A DNA stretch of 32,000 nucleotides from Corynebacterium amycolatum (lineage in GTDB: Bacteria > Actinomycetota > Actinomycetes > Mycobacteriales > Mycobacteriaceae), in assembly GCF_049243625.1 (NCBI RefSeq), contig NZ_CP046975.1. The stretch is one strand, 5' to 3'. Made by a program: the position numbers and the translations under genes. The notes under the pieces are model-generated. The model saw nothing but the letters and a program-made list of their open reading frames with translations. It was not told the origin of the DNA and made no database searches. Every line of letters begins with the position of its first letter. The stretch's first letter is position 1. Shown piece by piece: positions 1-7,911 of the stretch.

Positions 1-263
1 TCGCGTTCGGCTTCGCCGATGGAAAACGGCATGTGGCGCATGCGCAGGCGCGGATGACCACGCTGTTCGCTGTACGAACGCGGCCCGCCCCAGTACTGGA
101 CGAGGAACATGCGGAGTCGATCCTCGGCGCCCTCCCAGTCATCGCTGGGGTACATCGGGCCGATGAGGTCATCGGAACGCATACGCGTGTAAAAGCCATG
201 GACGATGCGATTGAAGACATCCTCGCCGCCGACGGAGTCAAAGAGCGTCTGAGAAGTTGTCAT
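1..263 (-). CDS. glbO: Group II truncated hemoglobin (GlbO-like); 3' end cut by the window edge
   Basis: Absent from the ORF track because there is no stop in the window. The reverse-strand ATG (263-261) reads [87 protein letters not shown]. This matches the remembered M. tuberculosis GlbO core ([32 protein letters not shown]). Confidence 0.85.
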   Translation of the reverse strand, partial: [87 protein letters not shown]

Positions 264-330
264 GGCACCAAGTCTATCGACTTGATGCCACGAAAACGAT
301 AACGGCCAAAGTGCCGGTCGAAATCACTTG

Positions 331-3033
331 CTACTTCGCGTCGAACTCGCGGGCACGAAGAGCGAGCTTCACCAGGAACTGCTGCTCAGAGATGATGCGC
401 TTGACCGGCGACGCAGTCTCATCGCTGTCGAGCAAGCACTGAGCGGCCGCAATTGCCGACTCGCTGATCTCCCAGGTGGGGTAGAAGCCCTCGAGCAGAG
501 TCTGGGCCGTCTCGGAGGAGAACTGCTTCCACCAGATGTTGGCAACGGCGAAGAAGTGCTCCGACAGCGAAGTCGCCGACTGCTCCGCGTTGATGGTGGC
601 GCGGGAGTCGTCGTCAAGCGCCTGTGCGAGCACCTCACCCGAGCCCGGCGCGTTGAAGCCGGCCAGCAAGTGGCGAATGACAAGGTTCGACGGGGCATCG
701 TTGCCGGAGACCGTCGCCTCTGCCCAGACGCGGGACTTGTTGGCGAGCGTCGGCACAGAGGCGCGGCAGGCGATGGCGGCCTGCGCACCTAGTGCCGAGT
801 TGTCGGTCTTTTCAAGCTTTGCGATGGCTTCCTCGCCCTCGAGACCGGCGGAAACCAGCGCCTTCAGGGCGCGCCACTGCATGTCGGTGTCTACCGCGAC
901 AGCTGGGAAACCAGCCTTGTCTGCGTCACCAGCGTAGATGGCGCGCAGTGCGTCAACGACGTCGCTATTCGACGAGCCCACGGTGGTCAAAGCGTTAACG
1001 AAAACCAGGGCGCGGTCGGCGTCGGTTTCCTTCTTCGCGTTGTCCAACAGGCCTTGAGCCAGCAGGTCGCGGCCGGTGGAATCAGCCCACTGTGGATCGG
1101 CGTAGACGTTGACGGCGCTGACCGCCTGAGCGATGACGCGCTCCAAGACGGAGAGCTTGTCCTCGCCCGGGATGCCGCGGAGCACCAGGTTGACGAAGTC
1201 GCGAGCGCGCATCTGGCCTGCGCGAACCATCTGCCAGGTCGCGGACCAGCACAGTGTGCGTGCCATTGAATCGGTGAAGGCGCCGATGTTGTCGATGACG
1301 GTGGCAAGCGAGCCTTCGTCCAAGCGGATCATGCTGTAGGTGAGGTCGTCGTCGTTAACCAGCACGACATCGCCGACTGGAGTGTCGACCAGCTCTGGGA
1401 CTTCGGTGCGTGCACCACGGACGTCGATTTCCACGCGCTTGGTGCGCTCGAGTACGGCATCCGATCCGGTGCCGCGCAGGTTGTAGATACCCACGGCGAT
1501 TCGGTGATCGCGGAGTTCTCCGGCACCCGGCTCGGCACCTTCCTGTGTGACTGCGAAGGAGGTGTACTTACCGGCCGACTGGCGGAAGTCCGGTGCCAGG
1601 GTGGTGATACCGGTGGTGGTCAGCCACTGATCGGCCCAGCCAGACAGATCGCGACCGGAAGCCTCGGAGAGCGCGTCCAGCAGGTCCGCGAAGGTGGCAT
1701 TGCCAAAGCGGTGACGGGCAAAGTGCATACGAGCACCGGCGAGGAAAGCATCCTGACCAACGTAGGCGGCCAGCTGCTTGAGGGTGGACGCGCCCTTGGC
1801 GTAGGTGATGCCGTCGAAGTTCTGCTCGACGGTGTCAATGTCGCTGGCGTCGGCGGCAATCGGGTGCGTCGACGGTAGCTGATCTTGCTTGTAGGCCCAG
1901 GCCTTTTCGACGTTGGCGAAAGTGGTCCAAGCGTGGCTGTAATCGGAAACCTCGACCTGAGCGGCGGCGGCCGACCAGGTGGCGAAGGACTCATTGAGCC
2001 AGAGGTCATCCCACCACTGCATGGTGACCAGATCGCCGAACCACATGTGAGCCATCTCATGCAGGATGGTGTCGTTGCGGCGTTCGTAGAGGTAATGGGT
2101 GGGCTTGGAGCGGAAGACGTACTCGTCGCGGATGGTCACACAGCCGGCGTTTTCCATCGCGCCCATGTTGTACTCCGGGCAGAAGATCTGGTCGTACTTA
2201 CCGAACGGGTAGGGCTCGCCGAAATGTTTGGCGTAGAAGTCGAAGCCCTCCTTGGTCTCCTTGAACAGAGTGTCAGCGTCGAGGTACTCGGCGATGGACT
2301 GGCGGCAGTAGAGCCCCAGTGGAATGGTCAGCTCGCCCTCCGGCTGGTGTTCGGCAGGGGTTTCCGGGTGCGGTGCGACAGTGCCGGTCCACGAGTCAGC
2401 GACCTCGTACCATGGGCCCGCACAGACTGCGATGAGATACGTCGACAGGGGAACATCCACCGAGAAGTCGAAGGTATCGGCCTCATTGCCGTGGACATCG
2501 GTGGTGGCGCCGGTCTTGGCCACCGAGTTGGAAATAACCTTCCAGCCCTTCGGTGCCACGACGTGGATTGAATACGTCGCCTTCAAATCCGGCTGGTCAA
2601 AGCAGGCGAACACGCGCTTGGCGTCGGCAGTTTCAAACTGCGAGTACAGGTATGTTTCGCCGTCGGCAGGATCCTGGAAGCGGTGAATTCCCTGGCCGTT
2701 GTTGGTGTAACGGCAGTCCGCGTCGATAACGATGGTGTGGTCACCGTCGGTCAGGTCCAGGTTAATGCCGGTCTCGCTGGCATAGTGAGCAGCCTCCGTG
2801 GCATCGACGCCGTCGATGGTCACACTCTTAACAACCGCATCACGCAGATCAATAAAGGTGGAACCAGCGCGCTTCGCCGTCAGAGAAATTGTGGTCTTGG
2901 AAGCGAATGTTGGTGCGCTGTGCGGCCCACCGACAGGTGCGGTGGTGAGATCGAGAGAGATGTCGTAGTGGGACACCTCGAGCATGGCCGCACGGTCGGC
3001 AGCCTCGGTCCTGGTTAGGTTCGTGGAAGTCAT
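331..3033 (-). CDS. pepN: Aminopeptidase N (M1 zinc metallopeptidase)
   Basis: GAMEN exopeptidase motif (NMGAMENAG) and HEXXH zinc motif (HEMAHMWFGD...WLNESFA). I trimmed the 920-aa track ORF to the internal ATG at 3033 (MTSTNLTRTEAADRA). A TACACT -10-like box sits 6 nt upstream of it on the minus strand (+ coordinates 3040-3045), a leaderless-type geometry. Confidence 0.95.
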   Translation of the reverse strand: MTSTNLTRTEAADRAAMLEVSHYDISLDLTTAPVGGPHSAPTFASKTTISLTAKRAGSTFIDLRDAVVKSVTIDGVDATEAAHYASETGINLDLTDGDHTIVIDADCRYTNNGQGIHRFQDPADGETYLYSQFETADAKRVFACFDQPDLKATYSIHVVAPKGWKVISNSVAKTGATTDVHGNEADTFDFSVDVPLSTYLIAVCAGPWYEVADSWTGTVAPHPETPAEHQPEGELTIPLGLYCRQSIAEYLDADTLFKETKEGFDFYAKHFGEPYPFGKYDQIFCPEYNMGAMENAGCVTIRDEYVFRSKPTHYLYERRNDTILHEMAHMWFGDLVTMQWWDDLWLNESFATWSAAAAQVEVSDYSHAWTTFANVEKAWAYKQDQLPSTHPIAADASDIDTVEQNFDGITYAKGASTLKQLAAYVGQDAFLAGARMHFARHRFGNATFADLLDALSEASGRDLSGWADQWLTTTGITTLAPDFRQSAGKYTSFAVTQEGAEPGAGELRDHRIAVGIYNLRGTGSDAVLERTKRVEIDVRGARTEVPELVDTPVGDVVLVNDDDLTYSMIRLDEGSLATVIDNIGAFTDSMARTLCWSATWQMVRAGQMRARDFVNLVLRGIPGEDKLSVLERVIAQAVSAVNVYADPQWADSTGRDLLAQGLLDNAKKETDADRALVFVNALTTVGSSNSDVVDALRAIYAGDADKAGFPAVAVDTDMQWRALKALVSAGLEGEEAIAKLEKTDNSALGAQAAIACRASVPTLANKSRVWAEATVSGNDAPSNLVIRHLLAGFNAPGSGEVLAQALDDDSRATINAEQSATSLSEHFFAVANIWWKQFSSETAQTLLEGFYPTWEISESAIAAAQCLLDSDETASPVKRIISEQQFLVKLALRAREFDAK

Positions 3034-3162
3034 GCGACAAGTGTAACCACGACCCCGGATTTGAGAAGGATTCTGAGTGAGCGCGGAAAACATGAATGCA
3101 AGCCGAAAAATTCCGCCCTATAGTCGTTGATAAGTCAATCAATGATTTAGGAGGACTTTCAC

Positions 3163-3807
3163 ATGAGCAATCGAGACAAGGTCACTTTCTACTTCGACGT
3201 TTCCTGCCCGTTTTGCTGGGTGACATCCCGCTGGATTAAGGAAGTCGAAAAGGTCCGCGACATCGAGGTCGAGTGGAAGCCGATGAGCCTGTCAGTACTC
3301 AATGAAGGCCGCGACGAACTGCCGGAAGAGTACAAGTTCATGATGCAGTGCAACTGGACCCCGGCACGCCTGTTTAATGCAGTGTTCTCCCAGGATGGTC
3401 AGGAGGCCGTCGACAAGCTCTACACCGCGCTGGGCACGAAGATTCACAACGAAAACCGCATCGATCGTCATGCGCATGTCGACGAGCCGGAGCACGCATT
3501 CGACGAGCTGATTAAGGAAACCCTCGCAGAGGTTGGCCTGCCGGAAGAGCGTCTGGCCCAGGCTCTGACCACAGAGTTTGATGAGCTCATGCGTGAAAAC
3601 CACGCAGAGGCCATGAAGGAGGTCGGCAACGACGTCGGCACTCCGGTGGTCAAGCTCAACGACGTTGCCTTCTTCGGTCCGGTGCTTACCCGTATCCCAC
3701 GCGGCGAAGAAGCCGGCAAGATTTTCGACGGCTCGGTTGCCGTCGCCAGCTACCCGTATTTCTTCGAAATTAAGCGCTCTCGCACTGAGGATCCGCGCTT
3801 CGACTAA
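3163..3807 (+). CDS. DsbA-like thioredoxin-fold oxidoreductase, Rv2466c-type (mycothiol-dependent reductase family)
   Basis: CPFCW redox motif near the N-terminus. Long stretches resemble the remembered Rv2466c sequence (TSRWIKEVEKVRDIEV, GTPVVKLNDVAFFGPVLTRIPRGEEAGK, YPYFFEIKRSRTE). AGGAGG RBS at 3148-3153. Lies next to pepN, as in M. tuberculosis. Confidence 0.85.
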   Translation: MSNRDKVTFYFDVSCPFCWVTSRWIKEVEKVRDIEVEWKPMSLSVLNEGRDELPEEYKFMMQCNWTPARLFNAVFSQDGQEAVDKLYTALGTKIHNENRIDRHAHVDEPEHAFDELIKETLAEVGLPEERLAQALTTEFDELMRENHAEAMKEVGNDVGTPVVKLNDVAFFGPVLTRIPRGEEAGKIFDGSVAVASYPYFFEIKRSRTEDPRFD

Positions 3808-3819
3808 GAAACCTGTAGC

Positions 3820-3859
3820 AGCTGGGGCGTGCGGCTAAGAGAGCTGACCCGCCCCAGCT
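3820..3859. terminator. Hairpin between convergent genes (possible bidirectional terminator)
   Basis: AGCTGGGGCG (3820-3829) pairs with CGCCCCAGCT (3850-3859) around a 20-nt loop. It overlaps the last codons of the radical SAM gene. There is no clear U-tract. Confidence 0.35.
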
Positions 3860-5115
3860 TCAGCATTCTGCCCGGTGGAAGCCTGCCGTTCTTCTTCGCT
3901 CATCGCAGCCCACCGCGGCGGAATGTAGATACAGGTCGGGTCGGATGCCGTGTAATCCCCGGTCAACGCGTAGGCCGTCGAGCGGGATCCGCCACAGACG
4001 CTGTGGTATTCACAGACGCTGCACTTGCCGTGCCAATTGTCCGGGTCGCGGAGAGCCTTAAAAGCCGGCGAGTTCGAATAGATTTCCTGGAATGGTGTGG
4101 CCTTCACATTGCCGCAGTGCAACGGCAGGAAACCATTGGGGTAGACATCGCCGATATGGTCAATGAAGGCAAAACCGGAACCAGAATTGACGGCCATCGG
4201 GGAGCGCGGTCGGCGCGGCTTTTCCGGCACAGCGCCGAGCAGCTTTGTCGTTTCCTCGGTCAAGTAGCGGTAGAGCTCGCCGCCTTCATAGGGTGGCAGC
4301 CCCTTTTCTATCGCCTCCTCCTGCTGCATAACGACGCGCCGATACTGCGGCGCCTCCGTCGTCTTGATGGCAATTCGGTTGGACACATCCGACAACCAGT
4401 GCAGAACATCCTCGCGTTCCTCCGGCGACAAAGCGCCCAAATCCGCACCGCGACCAGTGGGGACGAGGAAAAAGACGTACCACATCTTGGCTTGCATCTC
4501 CATGACGGTCTTCAGCAGCGCTGGTGCCTCATGGATATTTCCCTTGGTCAGGGTCGAGTTGATCTGCAGTCGGTAACCGGCCTCGTTGATGTGCGGAGCC
4601 ATCTCCAGCGTCTTTTCAAAAGTTCCCGAAAAACCACGGAACTTGTCATGCGTCTTAGCAGTCGCGCCATCGAGCGACATTGACATCGCCTTACCACCGG
4701 CCTCTCGCAACGACTTGATCCGCTCCGGCGTCAGCCGCGGTGTCACCGATGGCGACAGCGACATGTTCAGGCCGCGCTCAGTGCCAAATCGCACCAATTC
4801 TTCCAGGTCATCACGCTCAAAAGGATCGCCGCCGGTGAGCACCACAAGAGGCTTCGGCTTGCTATACGACGCCAGGGTCTCTAGCAGCATCTTGCCCTCG
4901 GTGGTCGAAAGCTGGTGCGGATGCGGCTCATGTTGCGCATCAGCGCGGCAGTGCTTGCAGACTAGGCCACAAGCCCGCGTGACCTCCCAAATGACGATAA
5001 ATGGCTTCTTGTTGATGTCATGCCGAACCGTTCGCACCACCGGTGCGTGATGATGCCCATGGGAGCCATGAGCTTCCGGATCGACTTGGAAGTGAGCTTG
5101 CGGCGCAGGAGACAC
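3835..5115 (-). CDS. Radical SAM enzyme with a C-terminal SPASM/twitch-like Cys cluster; substrate unknown
   Basis: CX3CX2C motif (TRACGLVCKHC) followed by a GGDP-type SAM-binding stretch (VLTGGDPFERDD). The C-terminus carries GKCSVCEYHSVCGG...DPTC. The 612-aa track ORF runs antisense through rpiB and has no in-frame ATG ahead of the cluster motif. I place the start at the in-frame GTG 5115; alternatives are TTG 5130 and GTG 5040/5037. Confidence 0.8.
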   Translation of the reverse strand: MSPAPQAHFQVDPEAHGSHGHHHAPVVRTVRHDINKKPFIVIWEVTRACGLVCKHCRADAQHEPHPHQLSTTEGKMLLETLASYSKPKPLVVLTGGDPFERDDLEELVRFGTERGLNMSLSPSVTPRLTPERIKSLREAGGKAMSMSLDGATAKTHDKFRGFSGTFEKTLEMAPHINEAGYRLQINSTLTKGNIHEAPALLKTVMEMQAKMWYVFFLVPTGRGADLGALSPEEREDVLHWLSDVSNRIAIKTTEAPQYRRVVMQQEEAIEKGLPPYEGGELYRYLTEETTKLLGAVPEKPRRPRSPMAVNSGSGFAFIDHIGDVYPNGFLPLHCGNVKATPFQEIYSNSPAFKALRDPDNWHGKCSVCEYHSVCGGSRSTAYALTGDYTASDPTCIYIPPRWAAMSEEERQASTGQNAEAGAGQLS

Positions 5116-5268
5116 GGTAAAAGCACCCAATTTCCGGTTTCGAAGACATGCTGAGACGCAAATACAGTCACTTTTCACCCTATTCGGCTGCGCAGGAGAC
5201 GTCGTCAAGCAATACCTAAAACGGGTGCAGACACCGTTTAATCCGCGGGAACCGCTAGACTTGCTGCC

Positions 5269-5742
5269 ATGCGTATTTACCTTGGTGCAGACCACGCCGG
5301 TTTTGAGATGAAGAACCTGATTAAGGCCCACCTGGAAAAGGCTGGCCACGACGTCGTAGACTGCGGCGCTCACACCTACGACCCTGCAGATGACTACCCA
5401 GCATTCTGCATCGAGGCGGCTTCCCGTACCGTCGCCGATCCGGGCAGCCTGGGTATCGTGCTCGGCGGTTCCGGCAACGGCGAGCAGATCGCCGCTAACA
5501 AGGTCAAGGGCGCTCGTTGTGCGCTGGCTTGGTCGGTGGAGACCGCAAAGCTCGCCCGCGAGCACAACAACGCTCAGCTGATTGGCCTTGGCGGTCGTAT
5601 GCACTCTGAGGAAGAAGCCCTGGCCATCGTCGATGCTTTCGTCTCCCAGCCGTGGAGCGAGGAGGAGCGCCACCAGCGTCGCATTGACATCCTCGCAGAG
5701 TACGAGAAGACTGGCGTTGCCCCGGAGCTGCCGGAGGCTTAA
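5269..5742 (+). CDS. rpiB: Ribose-5-phosphate isomerase B
   Basis: MRIYLGADHAGFEMK..., GIVLGGSGNGEQIAANKVKGARCA and EHNNAQLIGLGGRMH are typical RpiB/LacAB signatures and resemble mycobacterial RpiB. Confidence 0.95.
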   Translation: MRIYLGADHAGFEMKNLIKAHLEKAGHDVVDCGAHTYDPADDYPAFCIEAASRTVADPGSLGIVLGGSGNGEQIAANKVKGARCALAWSVETAKLAREHNNAQLIGLGGRMHSEEEALAIVDAFVSQPWSEEERHQRRIDILAEYEKTGVAPELPEA

Positions 5743-5774
5743 AGGGTTGTTGTTCGCTATCTGTTGATAGGAAT

Positions 5775-5817
5775 AAAATGGTCTGGTTCCAGAAAACTCT
5801 GGAACCAGACCATTTTT
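5775..5817 (+). terminator. Rho-independent terminator after rpiB
   Basis: Perfect 18-bp stem: AAAATGGTCTGGTTCCAG (5775-5792) pairs with CTGGAACCAGACCATTTT (5799-5816), with loop AAAACT. An A-tract lies 5' and a T-tract 3', so it could act in both directions. Confidence 0.85.
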
Positions 5818-5844
5818 ATGTATAGGCGGAGTATGAATTGTCGT

Positions 5845-6462
5845 ATGACAATTTCAGAAGCGCATCGTCGAGTAACTGTTGTGCTATTCCCCGGGTTCGA
5901 GCTCTTGGATGTATTTGGACCGGTTGGCCTTTTTGGCCATGTCCCAGAGATTGAGGTCGAATATGTCGCCAACATTGCTGGTCCGATAACCAGCGCTCAG
6001 GGGGCGCAGGTTATCGCCACACGTTGTGCCGCTGACCTCGAAACGGTCGATATTCTTCTAGTTCCTGGCGGAGCCGGGAGTAGAACACTAGTTGAGGATG
6101 CAGAGTTTTTGGACTGGCTCAACAACCTCGGATCCCGGGCGCGGTTAGTGGCATCGGTTTGCACAGGTTCCGCACTGCTTGCTGCGGCTGGGCTTCTTGA
6201 AGGAAAGCGGGCAACTAGTAATAAGTTGGCTTTTGATTGGGCTACCTCGTTCGGAAACGAAGTGACGTGGGTGAAAGCGGCTCGATGGGTTGAAGACGGA
6301 GATCGCTGGAGCTCATCAGGAGTCGCAGCAGGTATGGATATGGCTGTTGCTTTAATTAGCAGCATCCTTGGCAAGGAAGCTGGTCGATTCGCCGCCAGAA
6401 AAATTGAGTATCGGCCCCAGACAGACGGCACTGTAGATCCTTTTGCGGATTTAGCGAAATAG
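5845..6462 (+). CDS. DJ-1/PfpI (ThiJ) family protein
   Basis: VTVVLFPGFELLDVFGP, LLVPGGAGS and the nucleophile-elbow Cys in ASVCTGSALLAAAGLL. The track ORF start (5764) lies inside the rpiB terminator. I chose ATG 5845, with GGAG at 5828-5831; ATG 5818 and 5833 are alternatives. Confidence 0.85.
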   Translation: MTISEAHRRVTVVLFPGFELLDVFGPVGLFGHVPEIEVEYVANIAGPITSAQGAQVIATRCAADLETVDILLVPGGAGSRTLVEDAEFLDWLNNLGSRARLVASVCTGSALLAAAGLLEGKRATSNKLAFDWATSFGNEVTWVKAARWVEDGDRWSSSGVAAGMDMAVALISSILGKEAGRFAARKIEYRPQTDGTVDPFADLAK

Positions 6463-6478
6463 CGGCGCCGGGCTTTTT

Positions 6479-7345
6479 CTAAATATCGAAGCCGTCGAAT
6501 CCGCCGTCGAAGAATCCGCCACCGTCACTGCCACCGTCGCCACCACCGAAGAGGCCGTCGAAGAAACCTCCACCGTCGCCTGCGTCACCGGCATCTGCAC
6601 CGCCGCCACCGAAGTCGCCGCCAAAGTCATCTCCACCGAAGTCTTCGGCGCCAAAGTCCTCGGTGCCGCCGAAGTCATCGGCGCCGGTGCCCATGCCGCT
6701 GGCGAACTCATCAGCGCCGTAGGCAACGCCGGCCATACCGTGGAAGAGGGTAGAGAATAGCAGCATTGAGCCTGCGGTCCAGACACCGGTGCGGAGTGCG
6801 GACTTCCACCAGGGCTCGGAGTACCAACCGGCTGGAACCGGACGGCCAGCGACACGGCCACCGGGGTAGTAGTTCGGGGTTTCCGGGGTGGCGTATGGCG
6901 AGGCGGTAACCGAGTGGCCTTCGTGCTCAATGGTGCGGGTTTCGGTCACAGAACCAGCGGCCTTCTGGCCCTCCAGCGGCGGCAGTGTCGGTCCCGCTGG
7001 CAAGCCCATAATTTCGCGAGCCGCATTGATGTAGTGCAGACCTTCCAGCGCCGATTCGCGCGCCATCCGGGCCTGTGCCGGGGTGCGTGCAGTAGAAATC
7101 TGCGAGGAAGCGGCGTTGTAGCGCTCGGATGCGTCAGCAAGAGCCTGCGTGGAAGCCAAATCGGTGCCAGCCAGGTTCAGTACCTGTGAGCCCAGCCGCT
7201 CAATCCATCGGCGGGCGTCTGCGACGGCGTCTTCCAATTGATTGTTCTGGCGGGCATCAAAGGCCCTGTTAGAACGGTTTTGAGCCATCGACGCGATGAT
7301 AATTGCGCCGCCGACGGTGATAGCAATCAGGATTAACGCCCCCAT
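6479..7345 (-). CDS. Membrane protein: N-terminal TM helix, helical domain, second TM segment, Asp/Gly/Phe-rich tail
   Basis: 288-aa ORF. TM1 is ALILIAITVGGAIIIASM and TM2 is VWTAGSMLLFSTLFHGMAGVAY. The last ~75 aa are DFGG/GGFFDG low complexity. Codon usage is native-like. I recognise no family. Confidence 0.7.
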   Translation of the reverse strand: MGALILIAITVGGAIIIASMAQNRSNRAFDARQNNQLEDAVADARRWIERLGSQVLNLAGTDLASTQALADASERYNAASSQISTARTPAQARMARESALEGLHYINAAREIMGLPAGPTLPPLEGQKAAGSVTETRTIEHEGHSVTASPYATPETPNYYPGGRVAGRPVPAGWYSEPWWKSALRTGVWTAGSMLLFSTLFHGMAGVAYGADEFASGMGTGADDFGGTEDFGAEDFGGDDFGGDFGGGGADAGDAGDGGGFFDGLFGGGDGGSDGGGFFDGGFDGFDI

Positions 7346-7414
7346 GGGCTAGGCCTCCAAAAAGGAAATTGCGAGTATTGCTAGTAATTACTTGAAACAA
7401 CGCATGTAGAGCGC

Positions 7415-7463
7415 AAAAAGTTCCCGAGCTGACATCTCTGTGCGACAGAGGCAGCTCGGGAAC
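7415..7463 (-). terminator. Rho-independent terminator after the small HTH gene
   Basis: GTTCCCGAGCTG (7420-7431) pairs with CAGCTCGGGAAC (7452-7463). An inner stem pairs CTCTGT with ACAGAG. On the minus strand the hairpin is followed by TTTTT (+ AAAAA, 7415-7419). Confidence 0.8.
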
Positions 7464-7492
7464 CAGGAAATGAATGGGCTTTTGGGCAGGTT

Positions 7493-7726
7493 TTATGACT
7501 CGGTGGAATCGTTGTGCTGGGTGCGGCTCCTCCGGTTGGCGTGCCATTCGCGAACTTCTTCGGAATCCCACAGGGTCAACCCATGAAGCTTCGCGACGGG
7601 CTCAGGAGCCTTTTTGCGGCCAGCGTAGCTGGTGAAAGTGCCACGTGCAGTGCCGGAAAAAGCAGCGCATTCGACCGCGGTCCATAGTTCGTGTCCAGTA
7701 TCGGCATCGATAATGGTGGGCTTCAT
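7493..7726 (-). CDS. Small helix-turn-helix DNA-binding protein (excisionase/MerR-superfamily-like)
   Basis: 77 aa from the internal ATG 7726: MKPTIIDADTGHELWTAVECAAFSGTARGTFTSYAGRKKAPEPVAKLHGLTLWDSEEVREWHANRR. The pattern (ELxTxxExAxxxGxxxxTxxxY ... LWxxxEVxxW) is typical of Xis/AlpA-type HTH proteins. GC3-rich native codon usage. A TACTCT -10-like box lies 7 nt upstream (+ 7734-7739). Confidence 0.65.
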   Translation of the reverse strand: MKPTIIDADTGHELWTAVECAAFSGTARGTFTSYAGRKKAPEPVAKLHGLTLWDSEEVREWHANRRSRTQHNDSTES

Positions 7727-7800
7727 GGTGCCCAGAGTACCTGTGGCACTGGATCCTGAACAGAGGGCAGAAGAATTTCTGGCCCCGGGCATCAGCTTGG

Positions 7801-7833
7801 AAAAAACAAAAACCGGGAGCAAAGCTCCCGGTT
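7801..7833 (-). terminator. Terminator after tRNA-Gly
   Basis: AACCGGGAGC (7811-7820) pairs with GCTCCCGGTT (7824-7833). On the minus strand it is followed by TTTTTGTTTTTT. Confidence 0.8.
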
Positions 7834-7836
7834 ACG

Positions 7837-7911
7837 TGGAGGGGATGACGGGAATCGAACCCGCGTCTTCAGCTTGGAAGGCTGAGGTATTAGCCACTAT
7901 ACGACATCCCC
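7837..7911 (-). tRNA. tRNA-Gly (anticodon UCC)
   Basis: Hand-folded cloverleaf of GGGGATGTCGTATAGTGGCTAATACCTCAGCCTTCCAAGCTGAAGACGCGGGTTCGATTCCCGTCATCCCCTCCA. Acceptor stem GGGGATG/CATCCCC, anticodon stem TCAGC/GCTGA, loop CTTCCAA, T-loop TTCGATT, encoded CCA. Confidence 0.95.

Noticed and set aside
3115-3140. Shared 9-mer CATTGATTG (minus strand here) with the proB upstream region (28028-28036)
   Set aside because: A single shared 9-mer between two sites is within chance expectation for 64 kb of two-strand sequence, and the flanks do not align.
3829-4683. 284-aa plus-strand ORF
   Set aside because: It is antisense to the radical SAM gene, which carries the CX3CX2C and SPASM-like motifs. 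The product is Arg-rich and featureless.
5116-5673. N-terminal 186 codons of the 612-aa radical SAM track ORF
   Set aside because: This part runs antisense through rpiB (5269-5742). It shows no homology-like features and is an open-frame artefact upstream of the real start.
5764-7911. Intact integrative element at tRNA-Gly
   Set aside because: There is no integrase or recombinase gene. By eye I found no direct repeat of the tRNA-Gly 3' end at any candidate distal border (about 5745-5830, 6463-6480, 7346-7492). At most this is an old remnant.
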